Below are positions 1 through 10,918 of a DNA stretch of 64,000 nucleotides, one piece after another. The notes beneath the pieces are model-generated. The model saw only the letters and a program-made list of their open reading frames with translations, was not told where the DNA came from and made no database searches. The translations under genes and the position numbers were made by a program. Origin of the DNA: Williopsis jadinii (taxonomy: Eukaryota); NCBI GenBank assembly GCA_024346625.1, contig AP024665.1:930001-994000 (forward strand). Reading direction: 5' to 3'. How positions within the stretch are numbered: position 1 is the stretch's first letter; each line of letters starts with the position of its first letter.

Positions 1-452
1 CCCCTTTCGTTCTCACTTGACTCGACAGAATGCGTAATGTTGAAGAAAAAGAGCATGTCATCGTCATGCGATACCGGTTCATAGATAGTGTTTATTGACC
101 CCAGTTGCAGATTGTCCAATCTCAGGCTAGCCTCCTCAACCATATCCTTCTCACTGTCGGGGAGCAATCTGTAGACGTTGGACGAATCCTTGTAGAGAAC
201 AAACACAGAGTACGAGTACTCGACATGCTCACTGCTTGAAGGAATCATCAGCTCCGCCAGAGAGCCCAGTTGATCCTTGAACCCGGGTATCTTCCGAGGT
301 ATCTGGTGCTTAACCACAGCTCCAATACGGTTGTCAAACTCTGCACCTAAGACATATTTTGCGATGGGACTCTGGCTGACACATGTGAGCCGGTTCCTTA
401 TCTCGGGCGATAACGCTCGAGATTGCCGGTAATGGGACGTCCTCGAGCTCAT
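1..452 (-). CDS. AFI1: Arf3-interacting polarity protein Afi1-like, N-terminal part (runs off window start)
   Basis: Manual translation from ATG 452 gives MSSRTSHY...KYVLGAEFDNRIGAVVKHQIP...LAELMIP...YSVFVLYK...FFFNITHSVESSENERG. This resembles the Afi1 N-terminal domain (YILxAEFD..G..VKHQYP..LAELMLP). AFI1 and ORT1 are neighbours in S. cerevisiae. Absent from the ORF track because it is truncated. Confidence 0.7.
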   Translation of the reverse strand, partial: MSSRTSHYRQSRALSPEIRNRLTCVSQSPIAKYVLGAEFDNRIGAVVKHQIPRKIPGFKDQLGSLAELMIPSSSEHVEYSYSVFVLYKDSSNVYRLLPDSEKDMVEEASLRLDNLQLGSINTIYEPVSHDDDMLFFFNITHSVESSENER

Positions 453-803
453 ATCATATGCTTTAACCAACACACCACGTATACTTCGAACAAACGGCTA
501 CTTGCTCCTGTTTTATTTCCACTATTATGGGCCTGCTCCCATGTCAACTTTCCCAGTCGTACGGTGCTTCTCTGTGTGGTAGCGCTCAAAATTCAAGGCG
601 GTAAGAAAGATTACCCGGCCTTTGTATTGGAGAGGCAAAAAATACGAAAAGAACCATAGAAACAAAACACCAAAAAAGGCCCGCATCCCACCCCCCGTTG
701 ATGGATCTCAATATTTTTACCCGCCACCTGTCCTTTTTTTCACACCAACAGAACACCAACAACAATCAACAAATAAACAAACAGCAAGCGGATAACAAAA
801 ACG

Positions 804-2488
804 ATGTCTTCAGCCCTCGATCAATCTCTCGATGAAATCATTGCTTCTAAGCCAAAGAACTCCGGCGCAAGAAAGCCTCGTGCTCCTAAGGCCAAAGTGA
901 CCAAGGCGGTTCAACAACCAAAGAAGGCAACTTCAAAGGCTGCCAAAGCTGCTAAGGGAGCCACACCAGTTGCTCCAGACGTTTTGTTTGCGTCTTATGC
1001 TACAAAGGTTGTTGTGTATGGTCTTCCAAAGGATATCAAGCAAGACGCTATCAAGGTATGTTTTAGTGTGTGAAGGAGATGGGACGTTTCACGCTGTGTG
1101 TGGGGGGAGAGAAAAGGAATATTGATGAAGTAGTTGATAGTTTTATTGTAAAAATGTTGACCACGATGAACACCTTCATGAATTTGGAATGAAAATGCAT
1201 GTTTCTGAATGCCTGAAACATTGCGCCAAAGAAAGAAAAAAAATTTAACAACTGAAGCTGAGTCTTGACAATTAGGATGGGTTTTGTATGGTGGAAGGGG
1301 TGAATAAGCCTCTTATCTGCTTGAACTGTATTTCCAATTGAAGTACTCGATGAGCTGTGTGTGTTTTTTTCTTCTTCTTTAATATCGTCTGAGAGATTCC
1401 CCAGAGGAAGTTTATCTCTCCGGACGTATATTTCTGTCTTTTTTTTTTACTACAGTATCCAGTGCACTCTTCTACTTGTTTCCGTGGTCTGTATACATGG
1501 ATTTTGCACTATGGTGAAATGTTTGAATGCAATCGTGTATGTTGAACATTGTCAACAAAAGAGTGGATCTTATAAATACAGATCGTATACCATTCACCTT
1601 AACAAGAGACGTGAATTGTCTGACTGTTTGTTAGTGTGGTGCTCATTGGCTGGATTCCAATGTGTGGTTAGGATCGCAGAAAATTTAAAGATTCATCTGG
1701 ATACTTAAAGAGTCTTTACATGGTGATCTCTTCAGTGTTTTGTTATACTTAATATTGGTTTTTTTTTCTACAAAAAAATCTTTATAAGTTTTGAGGGCTG
1801 AAGAATCAATGAAGAGAATGAACCATAAAGACTCACCTACTTCTTATCACTGATATCATTGCTGATAAACTGATTCAAAGCTTTTACTGATGTATGCGCT
1901 AGCACTGGAGGCACGGGTAAACGACCGTCATGACTACCTTATTTTCTTCAATTCATTTCAAGTGTGTGGTGCTACTCTACCTTGAGGCTATCAATTTCAT
2001 CCATATATGTTCTTCCCCGTTCCTATCCAGGGACAGAATGTTCCTGATTTTATATAATGACTTTTATGACTAACGATATTTAGGATTTCTTTTCTTCTGA
2101 AATTGGTGGTGTTCAATCTGTTGTGTTGTCATATAACGAGAAGGGTCATTCCAAAGGTATTGCTACCGTCAATTTCAAGTCTTCTGTCAATGCCAACAAG
2201 GCTGTTGAGAAGTACAACGGTGCACCAATCGATGGTAAGAACAAGTTGAAATTGGAGTTGATCATTGATCCAACTAAGAAGCCATTGGCCTCGAGAATTG
2301 TTGCCAATGTGACTGCAGTTTCTGACAAGAAGAAGAAGCAGAGTAAGGAGACTCCAAAGAAGGCCACTTCCAACACCACAGATGCTCCAAAAAAGAAGGC
2401 TAAGAAGGCAAGAGCAAAGAAACCTGCTAAGAAGACTGTGGAACAGCTTGACCAAGAGATGTCTGATTACTTCGAGAAGAAGGATTAA
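804..2488 (+). CDS. YRA1: mRNA export adaptor Yra1 (ALY/REF); exons 804-1055 and 2084-2488, 218 aa
   Basis: N-terminal REF box LDQSLDEII and C-terminal KKTVEQLDQEMSDYF. The RRM is split by a phase-0 intron 1056-2083 (GTATGT...GACTAAC...TAG); the join reads KQDAIK|DFFSSEIGGVQSVVLSYN. Confidence 0.95.
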
Positions 2489-2649
2489 GTTCATCGACGT
2501 TCAGGGTTATTATTGTGTATTTTATATTTCGTTTTAAATCTATTGCTTCAAAAGTGTTTTTTCTCTCAATCTCATGTTGTATTTCCATCGCAGTATTTAC
2601 ATGGTTCAGCATATATGTACATATAATGTGTAGTAGATGTCATCACAGT

Positions 2650-3082
2650 CTATTTGTCCTTATCACTACTCTTGAACCAATTCATGTCTAGAATTCCAGA
2701 TATTCTATCACCTTGTTTTCTAGTTTGGTACGCATTCGGAGCAGCTTCATATTGTGACTTTCTCTTGATATCAGGGGAAGGCTCAGGCAACCCAGGTTGT
2801 AAACGGGCAATATTCGTCTCACTCTCATCATAGGTGGTGAAGTGGTCAGGTTGGAATGTCTTGTCACGTCTCTTGTTGATGGTGCTTGATGGGCAAGTTA
2901 GTGAAAATGAACAAGCATTGCTTCATCTCATTTCCTCCGTCCAAAGGCCGAGTAGAGGAGAGCGTCTTTACGTCGCACGTATTTACTCACGTCTTCACAA
3001 GGTACATTCCACCTATAGCGATGGAGCATACAAAGCCAAAGTTACTGAGGTTCTTCTTGATCGTTGGTGACAGCTGTGACAT
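2650..3082 (-). CDS. COI1: Mitochondrial cytochrome c oxidase-interacting protein Coi1 (YDR381C-A) homolog; exons 3082-2991 and 2884-2650, 108 aa
   Basis: Spliced product MSQLSPTIKKNLSNFGFVCSIAIGGMYLVKT|TINKRRDKTFQP...NIARLQPGLPEP...KRKSQYE...TRKQGDRISGILD has one TM and resembles Coi1. Intron GTGAGT...CACTAAC...AAG. Convergent with YRA1 as in S. cerevisiae. Confidence 0.85.
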
Positions 3083-3362
3083 TTCCTTACGTGGCGATAC
3101 GATACGCAGTGCTTTAATCGTATTAAGTATCACTTACAACCTGTTTTGATTTTGAATTTTTTTTCCGCTATTTGCTTTCTCCCGAGGAACAATGGCCAAA
3201 TTGTCAGTCTCTGTCCTCGCCGGTGGTTTTCCCCTTCTGTTCGCTCGTCCTCTGCCGCTCCTCCCCCCAGCCGAGCTTGCGCAAGCATTGAAAACCTGGA
3301 GAAAAGAGTACACTTTTCCAACAAATCACCCTTTGAAGGGACGAGAAGTGTACTTATTAAGG

Positions 3363-4325
3363 ATGGCTGATAGACTGGAGGTTGATCCTGCAACACACTC
3401 TGTTGCTGCTGGTATCGGCGGTGCGTTGTCTATGGCTGTAACTTATCCATTGGTTACACTCTCAACACTGGCACAGACTAAATCTGAAAAGACTACCGGC
3501 AGTAAACAAGGGGAGGAGGCACAAGAGGAGAAGAGGGTTTCCACACTGGCTGCAGCAAAGTATCTGTTGAAGAATGAGGGTATCCTGGGGTTCTACTCTG
3601 GTTTAGAGAGTGCGATCTATGGTGTTGTGTTGAACAACTTGGTGTACTACTACTTCTACGAGGCGCTGGCCAAATTGATACTGAATCGTAAGAAGAAGGC
3701 CAAGAATGGGCTGACACCGGTTGAGAGCATCCTCACAGGTGCTATAGCAGGATGCATCACTGTGTTCTCAACAAACCCAATCTGGGTTGCCAATACCAGA
3801 ATCACAGTCAAGGGCAAGGGTAACAAGATGTCCACTTTGAGTGCGCTCAAGGACATCATCAAGACTGATGGAATTAAGACACTTTTTGCAGGTGTTTTAC
3901 CAGCTTTGATTCTTGTTCTTAACCCAATAATCCAGTACACCATCTTTGAACAGCTGAAGAACTTGATCAACAAAACAAGAAAGGGTGGCTTGACATCAAC
4001 GCATGCTTTCTTTATCGGCGCATTGGGTAAATTGGCCGCTACCGGCTCGACTTATCCTTACATCACATTGAAGGCACGTATGCACTTGAAGGATGAATCT
4101 GAAAACAAGCCAACAACTATTTGGGGCTGGATGAAACAGATCTACCAACAAGAGGGCATTCAAGGCTTTTACAACGGTATCAGCGTTAAGCTTTCACAGA
4201 GTGTTTTAACAGCTGCATTCTTGTTCTATTTCAAGGAGGAATTGACAAGTTTGAGTGCTAAAATGTTGAGAGTGGTTAGAGCTCAGCACCAAAGAGCTAA
4301 AGCACTTCGTCTCGTCAGAAAATAA
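3363..4325 (+). CDS. Peroxisomal solute carrier, PMP47/Ant1/SLC25A17 type
   Basis: Three mitochondrial-carrier repeats (TYPLVTL, TNPIWVANTR, TYPYITLKAR). Start probably ATG 3363 (MADRLEVD). Confidence 0.85.
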   Translation: MADRLEVDPATHSVAAGIGGALSMAVTYPLVTLSTLAQTKSEKTTGSKQGEEAQEEKRVSTLAAAKYLLKNEGILGFYSGLESAIYGVVLNNLVYYYFYEALAKLILNRKKKAKNGLTPVESILTGAIAGCITVFSTNPIWVANTRITVKGKGNKMSTLSALKDIIKTDGIKTLFAGVLPALILVLNPIIQYTIFEQLKNLINKTRKGGLTSTHAFFIGALGKLAATGSTYPYITLKARMHLKDESENKPTTIWGWMKQIYQQEGIQGFYNGISVKLSQSVLTAAFLFYFKEELTSLSAKMLRVVRAQHQRAKALRLVRK

Positions 4326-4417
4326 ACATATTTGATCTTATGATATCTATATATTGAAAGAATCTATTCTATTAGAGTGATGATTGGACATTGAAGAGCG
4401 ATCTCTATGAAAGGCTC

Positions 4418-5398
4418 CTAGGCAAATATTTTCTTCAACTCTTCGTATGTGAAGAATATGACAGCATTTGAAGGAATGGCCCGTATAAGCGTGATTCCCA
4501 ACCCTCTATAAAAGATTGATATGCCACCATGTCTATAAAGATCCTTCGCAGCTGATATAAAAGTCAGATGTGCCTCTGGGTTGATGATACTGCTGGTTTG
4601 CATCTTACTCTTTATTGTATCTGCAGGGAACAGAGACAGGTTATATCCAACACCTGCAGACGCACCACTTATCAAAAGCTCTGGCACGGAATTCGTGTCC
4701 TTTGAAGTTGGCGTACGTTTCAACCTCAGCTTCTTCAGCTCAAACGAGACGAATTCATAAACTCCAAACCAGGCAGCAGATCCTCCACACTCTCTTAACA
4801 GGGTCCCTGTTTGGCCATGCCAAAATCCAGCAAGTCCACCTGTTCGCCAAACTGCTCTGCAGAGTTGGGTAATGGACGATGTCTTATTGGAGTACAGACT
4901 CTCCACTTGCATCTTACACTTGATGAGTTCAATAGGTGTTAAAACGTAAGATGCAACTAGCCCACTGATTCCACCACATAGCACAAGATAAGGAATCGTT
5001 AGATCGTCTTTGGTTTGCAGTACATGTTTCTTTATGGCAGTCTGTGCAATATTGTAAGATACGAAAAGAGTGGCATTCTCAGCTGCTGCGCCGACAATTG
5101 GCGAAGAGATACCTCTGTAAAACCCTACAATCCCTTCCTTCTGAAACGTCTTGCGGATGCAGTCCCATGCCCCTGCGAACTTTGGAGGTTGATCATGAGG
5201 CTGCGACTGCAATCTCACCTTGACAGTATCAAAGGGATACTCAATGGTCTTCCCAGCACATCCCGACAGCTTGAGTCACGCCTTGTTAGTGGTCGTTCTG
5301 GCTTCCATCTAATTTTGGGAGAAACAGACAAGGATACTCACTGATCCAAATAGAATATCCTGTAGAGAATCTGCCACGGAGAAATCAGAGTCAGCCAT
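4418..5398 (-). CDS. ORT1: Mitochondrial ornithine carrier; exons 5398-5342 and 5269-4418, 302 aa
   Basis: Join reads DILFGS|LSGCAGKTIEYPFDTVKVRLQ; also TPIELIKCKMQ and FPADTIKSKMQ. 72-nt intron GTGAGT...CACTAAC...AAG contains an in-frame stop. Confidence 0.85.
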
Positions 5399-6271
5399 TT
5401 GTTCTCAGGCTCTTGTGAACGTGTGAGAAAGATCCACAGCACACCAAAAGTTCTAATCTCTATTGCTCTAAAATGAACTGTGTATGTGCATCACCGAGAA
5501 CCGCACATTTTTCAGCAGTACGAAAATGGTTGCTTTGCGGAGAAATTTTTCGTTCTTCTGCCTCCTCTCTCTCCGCCTCCAAAATCGCCCGCTTGCGACT
5601 CGGAGACGATGCGACCCTCCACGGGTGAAGCAGTTGAAGCGGTTAGAGCAGCTGAAGCGCACTGTCTGCCTGGCCTGCTTCCAACGAGGAGAGTCAATTG
5701 GGGAGGAGGCGGTGGTGTGTAATGTTGAGGGAGGTGTAAGCGTAGGTAAACCGGAATGCCAGTTGGTTGTACGTTGTAGTTGATGTGTTATGAACAATTG
5801 GTGGATCCGGCTCTATGTCTTTGGCATTAGGAGAGACACGTTCGTCATACTGTTGGCTATAGGAGCTGATTTTCAGCTCTATAACTTCCAGGAGCCTCAC
5901 AGTCTGAGTCCCTGGCCCAACAGCACCTTATGGTTGACGGGGAATAATCACCAAACGGGGCTCTTCACGTACTCCGGCTCATATTAAACACATGTTGATA
6001 TAGCCAACCGTTAGGACGAACCGGATAAAATGATTGCGTTCTATGCTAAAATGTTTTATCGGTTAGCCGAAATTCTAATTCACACAGGCTATCTAAGCAA
6101 CATTACGTCATCAGGACTGTAAGCCTTCATGGGAAGAATGCATAGCAAATTAGCAAAGAGGAATCTGAATTGATATAAAAGGTGACGGACCGTCCGCATC
6201 TCTTGCAACGACGTGCGTGTTGTACTTGACTCAGATTTGGACATCGCATATACAAAGAGACAGTAGAAACA

Positions 6272-7099
6272 ATGGTTCAAACATTGGCAACTAGACTTGA
6301 ATGTCCGCAACCGGCGCCCCAATTACCGGACAACGTTATGGATATGTTCTCATTGAAGGGGAAAGTGGCCTCGATAACGGGGTCCTCCAGGGGAATTGGC
6401 CTGGCAATTGCAGAGGCATATGCGCAAGCCGGTGCTGATATTGCCATTTGGTACAACTCTTCACCAGCGGACGACTTAGCTCGTGAAATCTCAACAAAGT
6501 ACGGGGTCAAGTGCAAGGCGTACAAAGTGTCACTCACTAACTTCGATGAAATATCAAAAGCTGTTGCTCAGCAAGTTGAAGATTTCGGTACAATTGATAT
6601 CTTTGTTGCTAATGCTGGTGTTGCTTGGCAAGGTGGTGCTCTACTGGAGCAAGAAGGTGATGATATGTGGAACCACGTATTGGACTTGGACTTGAACTCC
6701 ATATATCACTTGTCAAAAGCTGTGGGGAAGATATTCCAGAAGAATTGCAAGGGCTCGTATATCATCACATCTTCCATGTCTGCTCATATCGTTAATATTC
6801 CCCAATTGCAAAGTGGATACAACGCTGCAAAAGCTGCTGTGCTACACTTGGCGAAATCTCTGGCTGTTGAGTGGGCCGGGTTTGCTAGGGTAAATACCGT
6901 GTCTCCTGGTTACATCGGCACAGAGCTCACAAAGTTTGCAGATGAGGATCTGAAGAAAGTATGGTGGTCTCTAACACCTATGGGCCGTGAAGGTTTGCCT
7001 AAAGAACTAGTTGGTGCGTATCTCTATTTAGCGTCCGATGCCTCAACGTTCACCACTGGTACGGACATTAAAGTCGATGGAGGCTATACTGCACTGTGA
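6272..7099 (+). CDS. NADPH-dependent short-chain dehydrogenase, sorbose/carbonyl reductase (SOU1/SOU2-like)
   Basis: TGSSRGIG Rossmann motif, ANAG, YNAAK catalytic motif, NIPQLQ and [10 protein letters not shown]. Confidence 0.9.
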   Translation: MVQTLATRLECPQPAPQLPDNVMDMFSLKGKVASITGSSRGIGLAIAEAYAQAGADIAIWYNSSPADDLAREISTKYGVKCKAYKVSLTNFDEISKAVAQQVEDFGTIDIFVANAGVAWQGGALLEQEGDDMWNHVLDLDLNSIYHLSKAVGKIFQKNCKGSYIITSSMSAHIVNIPQLQSGYNAAKAAVLHLAKSLAVEWAGFARVNTVSPGYIGTELTKFADEDLKKVWWSLTPMGREGLPKELVGAYLYLASDASTFTTGTDIKVDGGYTAL

Positions 7100-7270
7100 T
7101 TGGACTGTTTCGGTTAATGGAGCTTTGTGTAACATATTATGTGGTTCTATTGTTGACATTGGGGTAAATGGAGTGTGTGTGCTTTGTGTCAATTGGTATT
7201 TAACTAAGTAAAGAGGAACAAATAAGTTGTAATAGTGAGCAATACACAGATCAATTGAACAAATTATAAG

Positions 7271-7876
7271 ATGCAAGACATATTAGAGAGCTCAGGCAAG
7301 GTTTCTCAAAAGATGAGAACCGGCTTTCCAACGCTGTACTATGAGAACTATACTTTTTATGCGATAGATTCTCAACAGTTAAGTGATAAAGATGGGATAA
7401 GTGGACGTGACACGAATTCGAGAGACTGTGAACCGTTTAGCGTACGAGCAAACCAAGACATGCTCAATAAGGATCTAACACATGTAAACAGCTGCAAACC
7501 AATAGACTCTACATGGAAGACCTGTCTTGCTCCGGTATATGAAGGAACTCCAGATGGTTCCAGAATATGTAGTGGCTCCGAATCAATACCAAATGTGTAC
7601 TCATGGTATCGATCATCTGCATTGGATAGGATGGTCAGTGATATTTCTCAAAGGCTTCTAGATGCTATTCAGCTACTAAGAATGGGTCTTGCATGGGCCA
7701 ATGAAAGATATGGTCGTGAACAAAACGAAGAGAGACTACCGTTGTTACCCCAACACAATGGGGAATCATATCCATTTGCACAGCAGAACCGAACAAAGAA
7801 AGCACTCTACTACTTACCTATCGTTATTGGTCTCTTGATGCTATTGGCGGTGTATATTTCCAGCAACAACAAATAA
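7271..7876 (+). CDS. Hypothetical protein with C-terminal transmembrane anchor
   Basis: 201-aa ATG ORF ending in hydrophobic LYYLPIVIGLLMLLAVYI plus a short tail; no family recognised. Confidence 0.55.
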   Translation: MQDILESSGKVSQKMRTGFPTLYYENYTFYAIDSQQLSDKDGISGRDTNSRDCEPFSVRANQDMLNKDLTHVNSCKPIDSTWKTCLAPVYEGTPDGSRICSGSESIPNVYSWYRSSALDRMVSDISQRLLDAIQLLRMGLAWANERYGREQNEERLPLLPQHNGESYPFAQQNRTKKALYYLPIVIGLLMLLAVYISSNNK

Positions 7877-8034
7877 TATACTCAGGTGGCCAAATGAGGT
7901 CTTTTAACCACCTGAAAGAACTTATAAAACTGATAAAACTACCATTATGACCTTGAGCTCATGGTTACTTTGATTTGTAATATATTACGTAATATCACTG
8001 TCAATTTTCAACGGGCAAAGACTTCCACGGCGCG

Positions 8035-8068
8035 GAAAAAAAATTCAAAAAACTTTCAAGCTCATCGC
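8035..8068 (+). promoter_or_regulatory. RRPE-like + PAC ribosome-biogenesis elements
   Basis: GAAAAAAAATTCA at ~8035-8047 and CTCATCGC (reverse of GCGATGAG) at 8061-8068, upstream of the BUD21-like gene. Confidence 0.7.
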
Positions 8069-8125
8069 TTTGCGAGTCGCAAAGAACCCACTCATTATTT
8101 ACTTCTGTAATAGTCGGTGAGCGAG

Positions 8126-8716
8126 ATGTCAATGAGCATAGAGAGTAAACATAAGAAGTTCCAGGATTCTGATGATCTGGAATTCCACACTGCGGATGAG
8201 GCCTCAGACATCAACGTGGTCTCTGAAGATGAGGACAGCGATAGTGATGATGCACCAGAAGAGGAAACCATCTCCAGTGCGGCACAACAGTTGAAGGAGA
8301 AGGAAAGGATTGAGAATGAGCTAGCTGCTCGTGAGCGTGAAGCACTGAAGGAGAAGAGACGACTACAAGCGCAGAGATTTGCAGAACAGGCAACACTGAA
8401 AAAAGAAAAGCAAAAGGCACTTGAGCAGAGACAGCTTATAGAACAGAAGCGTGCTGAAGAGGCCCAAAGACTTCGTGAAGCTAAAAAAAGAGATAAGGAG
8501 TTAGAGGAGCAACTACTCATGCAAGAGCTTGAGAAACAAAGGGAACGTGAAGCTAAGCTTCGACGCTTACAATTGCGTAAAAAACAAGAACAAGGTGTTA
8601 GAAAGGTAGATGGTTTGAAGGTTAAAGTACTGGGGACCAAGGCGAAAGTGACAAAGGTGGCCAATAGAGATCAATTGCTGAATAAAAGAAAGAAAATACT
8701 CAACAAGCGCCGTTAG
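8126..8716 (+). CDS. BUD21: Bud21/Utp16-like SSU processome protein
   Basis: Acidic DSDDAPEEE motif followed by a charged coiled coil and basic C-terminus; PAC/RRPE promoter. Confidence 0.6.
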   Translation: MSMSIESKHKKFQDSDDLEFHTADEASDINVVSEDEDSDSDDAPEEETISSAAQQLKEKERIENELAAREREALKEKRRLQAQRFAEQATLKKEKQKALEQRQLIEQKRAEEAQRLREAKKRDKELEEQLLMQELEKQREREAKLRRLQLRKKQEQGVRKVDGLKVKVLGTKAKVTKVANRDQLLNKRKKILNKRR

Positions 8717-9957
8717 ATTGCTATCTCAGCAGTGTCGCTTGTGCAAATACTAATATTTTCTATCTTACATCTGCATTTAACGTATATGGGGCCTTTATGC
8801 TGCTACTTACACGACATGAGAGGGGTCATGGAGCACAGGTGTTCTTCCAAGGAGGAGACATCTATTGAAGAATAGAGAGTTTTGTATTTAATATCTATAT
8901 GCCCATGATCGGCGAGTATGATTGACTAAACCCGTGTACACTTGGACCAGGCTATATTCGTGAGACCGTCGTAGTAAGACACTATTCTGCTTTTAAGAGC
9001 CTGTGCAGAAGAGATTCAGAACAACTGTGGTCCCTATTCCCAGGCACATGGGAGTCCAGAAATGGTTCGTCTAAATTGCCCAGTTTTGGGCCCACAATGG
9101 ATGCACAATAGCACGATTGGAATGGTCAAGATTGACATTTCTCCTGAAGATCTTGAGGTTATTCCTATTTTGTAAGTTACTCAAGATACATGATATAATT
9201 GGTGAACATGTTTTATGACATCAGAGCAAACCTCTGAGGAGGCCGGACCTAATACTGGGCTATGTGAAGTAAAGCTCTCAGTTTAACTGGTTGAATGAGT
9301 ACTACTAACCACTGCTTACAGCTTGTAACTTCTACACATTTATGCCCACATCGTGATAGATGCAAACAGTCCATGTCATGTGTAAGTGTTCGAGATATAC
9401 GATATACTGTCTAATTAACAATTCACGGTGCTTCTACACACATCAATCCGGTGTGTTTGACGCACTGACCAAGAGATAGAGCATCTCTACACGTTGAAGA
9501 TCTGAATACCCATTTCTTGTAACAGAACTACAAAACACGCGCCCCCAGGCATTAACGGAGGTCTTTTCCCCTAATTAACTAGGTGGAGAGGATGCACGCT
9601 TAAACCCAAGCACTCAGAAAGAACTCCAGGCATGACAATGCACAGATGCCTGAATCATCTCGCCTGGTGCGCCAGCATTGAGTACAGATGTATAGGGTAG
9701 ACCACGACGGGACGGAGATCTGTTGGAAGCCGTTTGACAAGAATGGAAACAGGTAACAAGGAATGAGCATTTTAACTGTGGAAACACGCCAAACCAAGGA
9801 CAGTCTCAACCATTTGGGAGGCGACACTCTGAAGCAAAGTGGCTATGGTAAGGCCAACAGACATAAACAGAGAATAACAAGCAGACGTCCCGGACGCTTG
9901 GTATTGAGCGTACACCAGACATCAGACATGGTATTTAAAACCTTAGCTCGCCAGCAG

Positions 9958-10161
9958 ATGTTCGAGACAGAATACATCGCTCAACATTGCGTACCATGGC
10001 ACCCTCCAGCTGTCCAAAGTACCACAGCTGACAACAGTGAAGACGGGGCTCACGTCTCACTCCACCAGAACTTCGCCGAGGCCTACCCACCAGGCCCAAA
10101 TTGGGTTAACCCATCCAACGTTCTCTGGTCAACCGGTCCAAGAACGATTGCTTCTGCGTGA
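9958..10161 (+). CDS. Candidate small ORF (67 aa; alternative ATG 9928)
   Basis: Codon usage looks coding-like (TTC GCC GAG GCC TAC CCA CCA...); TATTTAAA just upstream; no recognised family. Confidence 0.3.
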   Translation: MFETEYIAQHCVPWHPPAVQSTTADNSEDGAHVSLHQNFAEAYPPGPNWVNPSNVLWSTGPRTIASA

Positions 10162-10365
10162 GTTTACGCACTCGCAAACGCGCTGTGCGTCCCCAGTGAT
10201 GTTTAATAAAACGAGTTCGCGGTAATTAGAAGTGGTTATGAGCGCGCGCGGTTTGTTTATCCATTTTTCACGAATTTTGTGAATTTTAAGGGGATGAAGG
10301 AGTTTTCAACGACGGTCGTCAACAGCAGAGAACATCACATTCAACGCCGTTATTGATCAACAGCG

Positions 10366-10596
10366 ATGTCATTCCCAGAGCCGCTTACTCACGAAGAACA
10401 CAAGAAGTACGGGATTCCGCTTGAATACCGTGACCGCTGTGCACGTTTGCTCGTGCCATTGAAAAAGTGCCGTAAGGAGAACCTGTACATGCCATGGACT
10501 TGTCAAGAGGAGAGACATTCGTATGAAAAATGTCAGTACGAAGACTTCAAGAGACGTGTTAAGGAGATGGAGGCGTTGAAGTCGAGTGATGCTTAG
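10366..10596 (+). CDS. NADH:ubiquinone oxidoreductase subunit NDUFB7/NB8M (B18)
   Basis: Twin CX9C pattern YRDRCARLLVPLKKC...WTCQEERHSYEKCQYEDF typical of NDUFB7. Confidence 0.92.
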   Translation: MSFPEPLTHEEHKKYGIPLEYRDRCARLLVPLKKCRKENLYMPWTCQEERHSYEKCQYEDFKRRVKEMEALKSSDA

Positions 10597-10918
10597 AGCT
10601 GCTGGCTTAGTTTCGTCTCTCTTTGGCGTTGTTCGCTCCATGAAGGTTTATTTATTTATTTGAACGTGGTATCCATGTCGACACTATTTATTATAGCACA
10701 CGGGGGAGTTGAAGATATGAACGTTGTCCCTTATTCGTGTTTGATCCCCTATTTATTCATCAAGAATACACATACTCAGGTTATATCATGAGCAGTTTGA
10801 CGGCTTGCTTGCAATATTGTAAGCTGTTTACGTTATAGCTGGTTATATGGGCTCTGTACTTCAAAAGAAATTTTTATTATACTCTTTTTATAGTCATCAC
10901 TCAATAGCAGCATATTGG

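Noticed and set aside
1800..1892. Possible intronic C/D snoRNA in the YRA1 intron (ATGAAGA...several CTGA)
   Set aside because: Imperfect C box and no convincing >=10-nt rRNA-complementary guide.
3192..3362. 57-aa N-terminal extension of the peroxisomal carrier
   Set aside because: Lies in the short COI1/carrier divergent promoter; carrier homology starts after ATG 3363.
10158..10363. Possible intron joining the 9.9-kb sORF to NDUFB7 (GTGAGT...CAG)
   Set aside because: No credible branch point, and the join is out of frame with NDUFB7.
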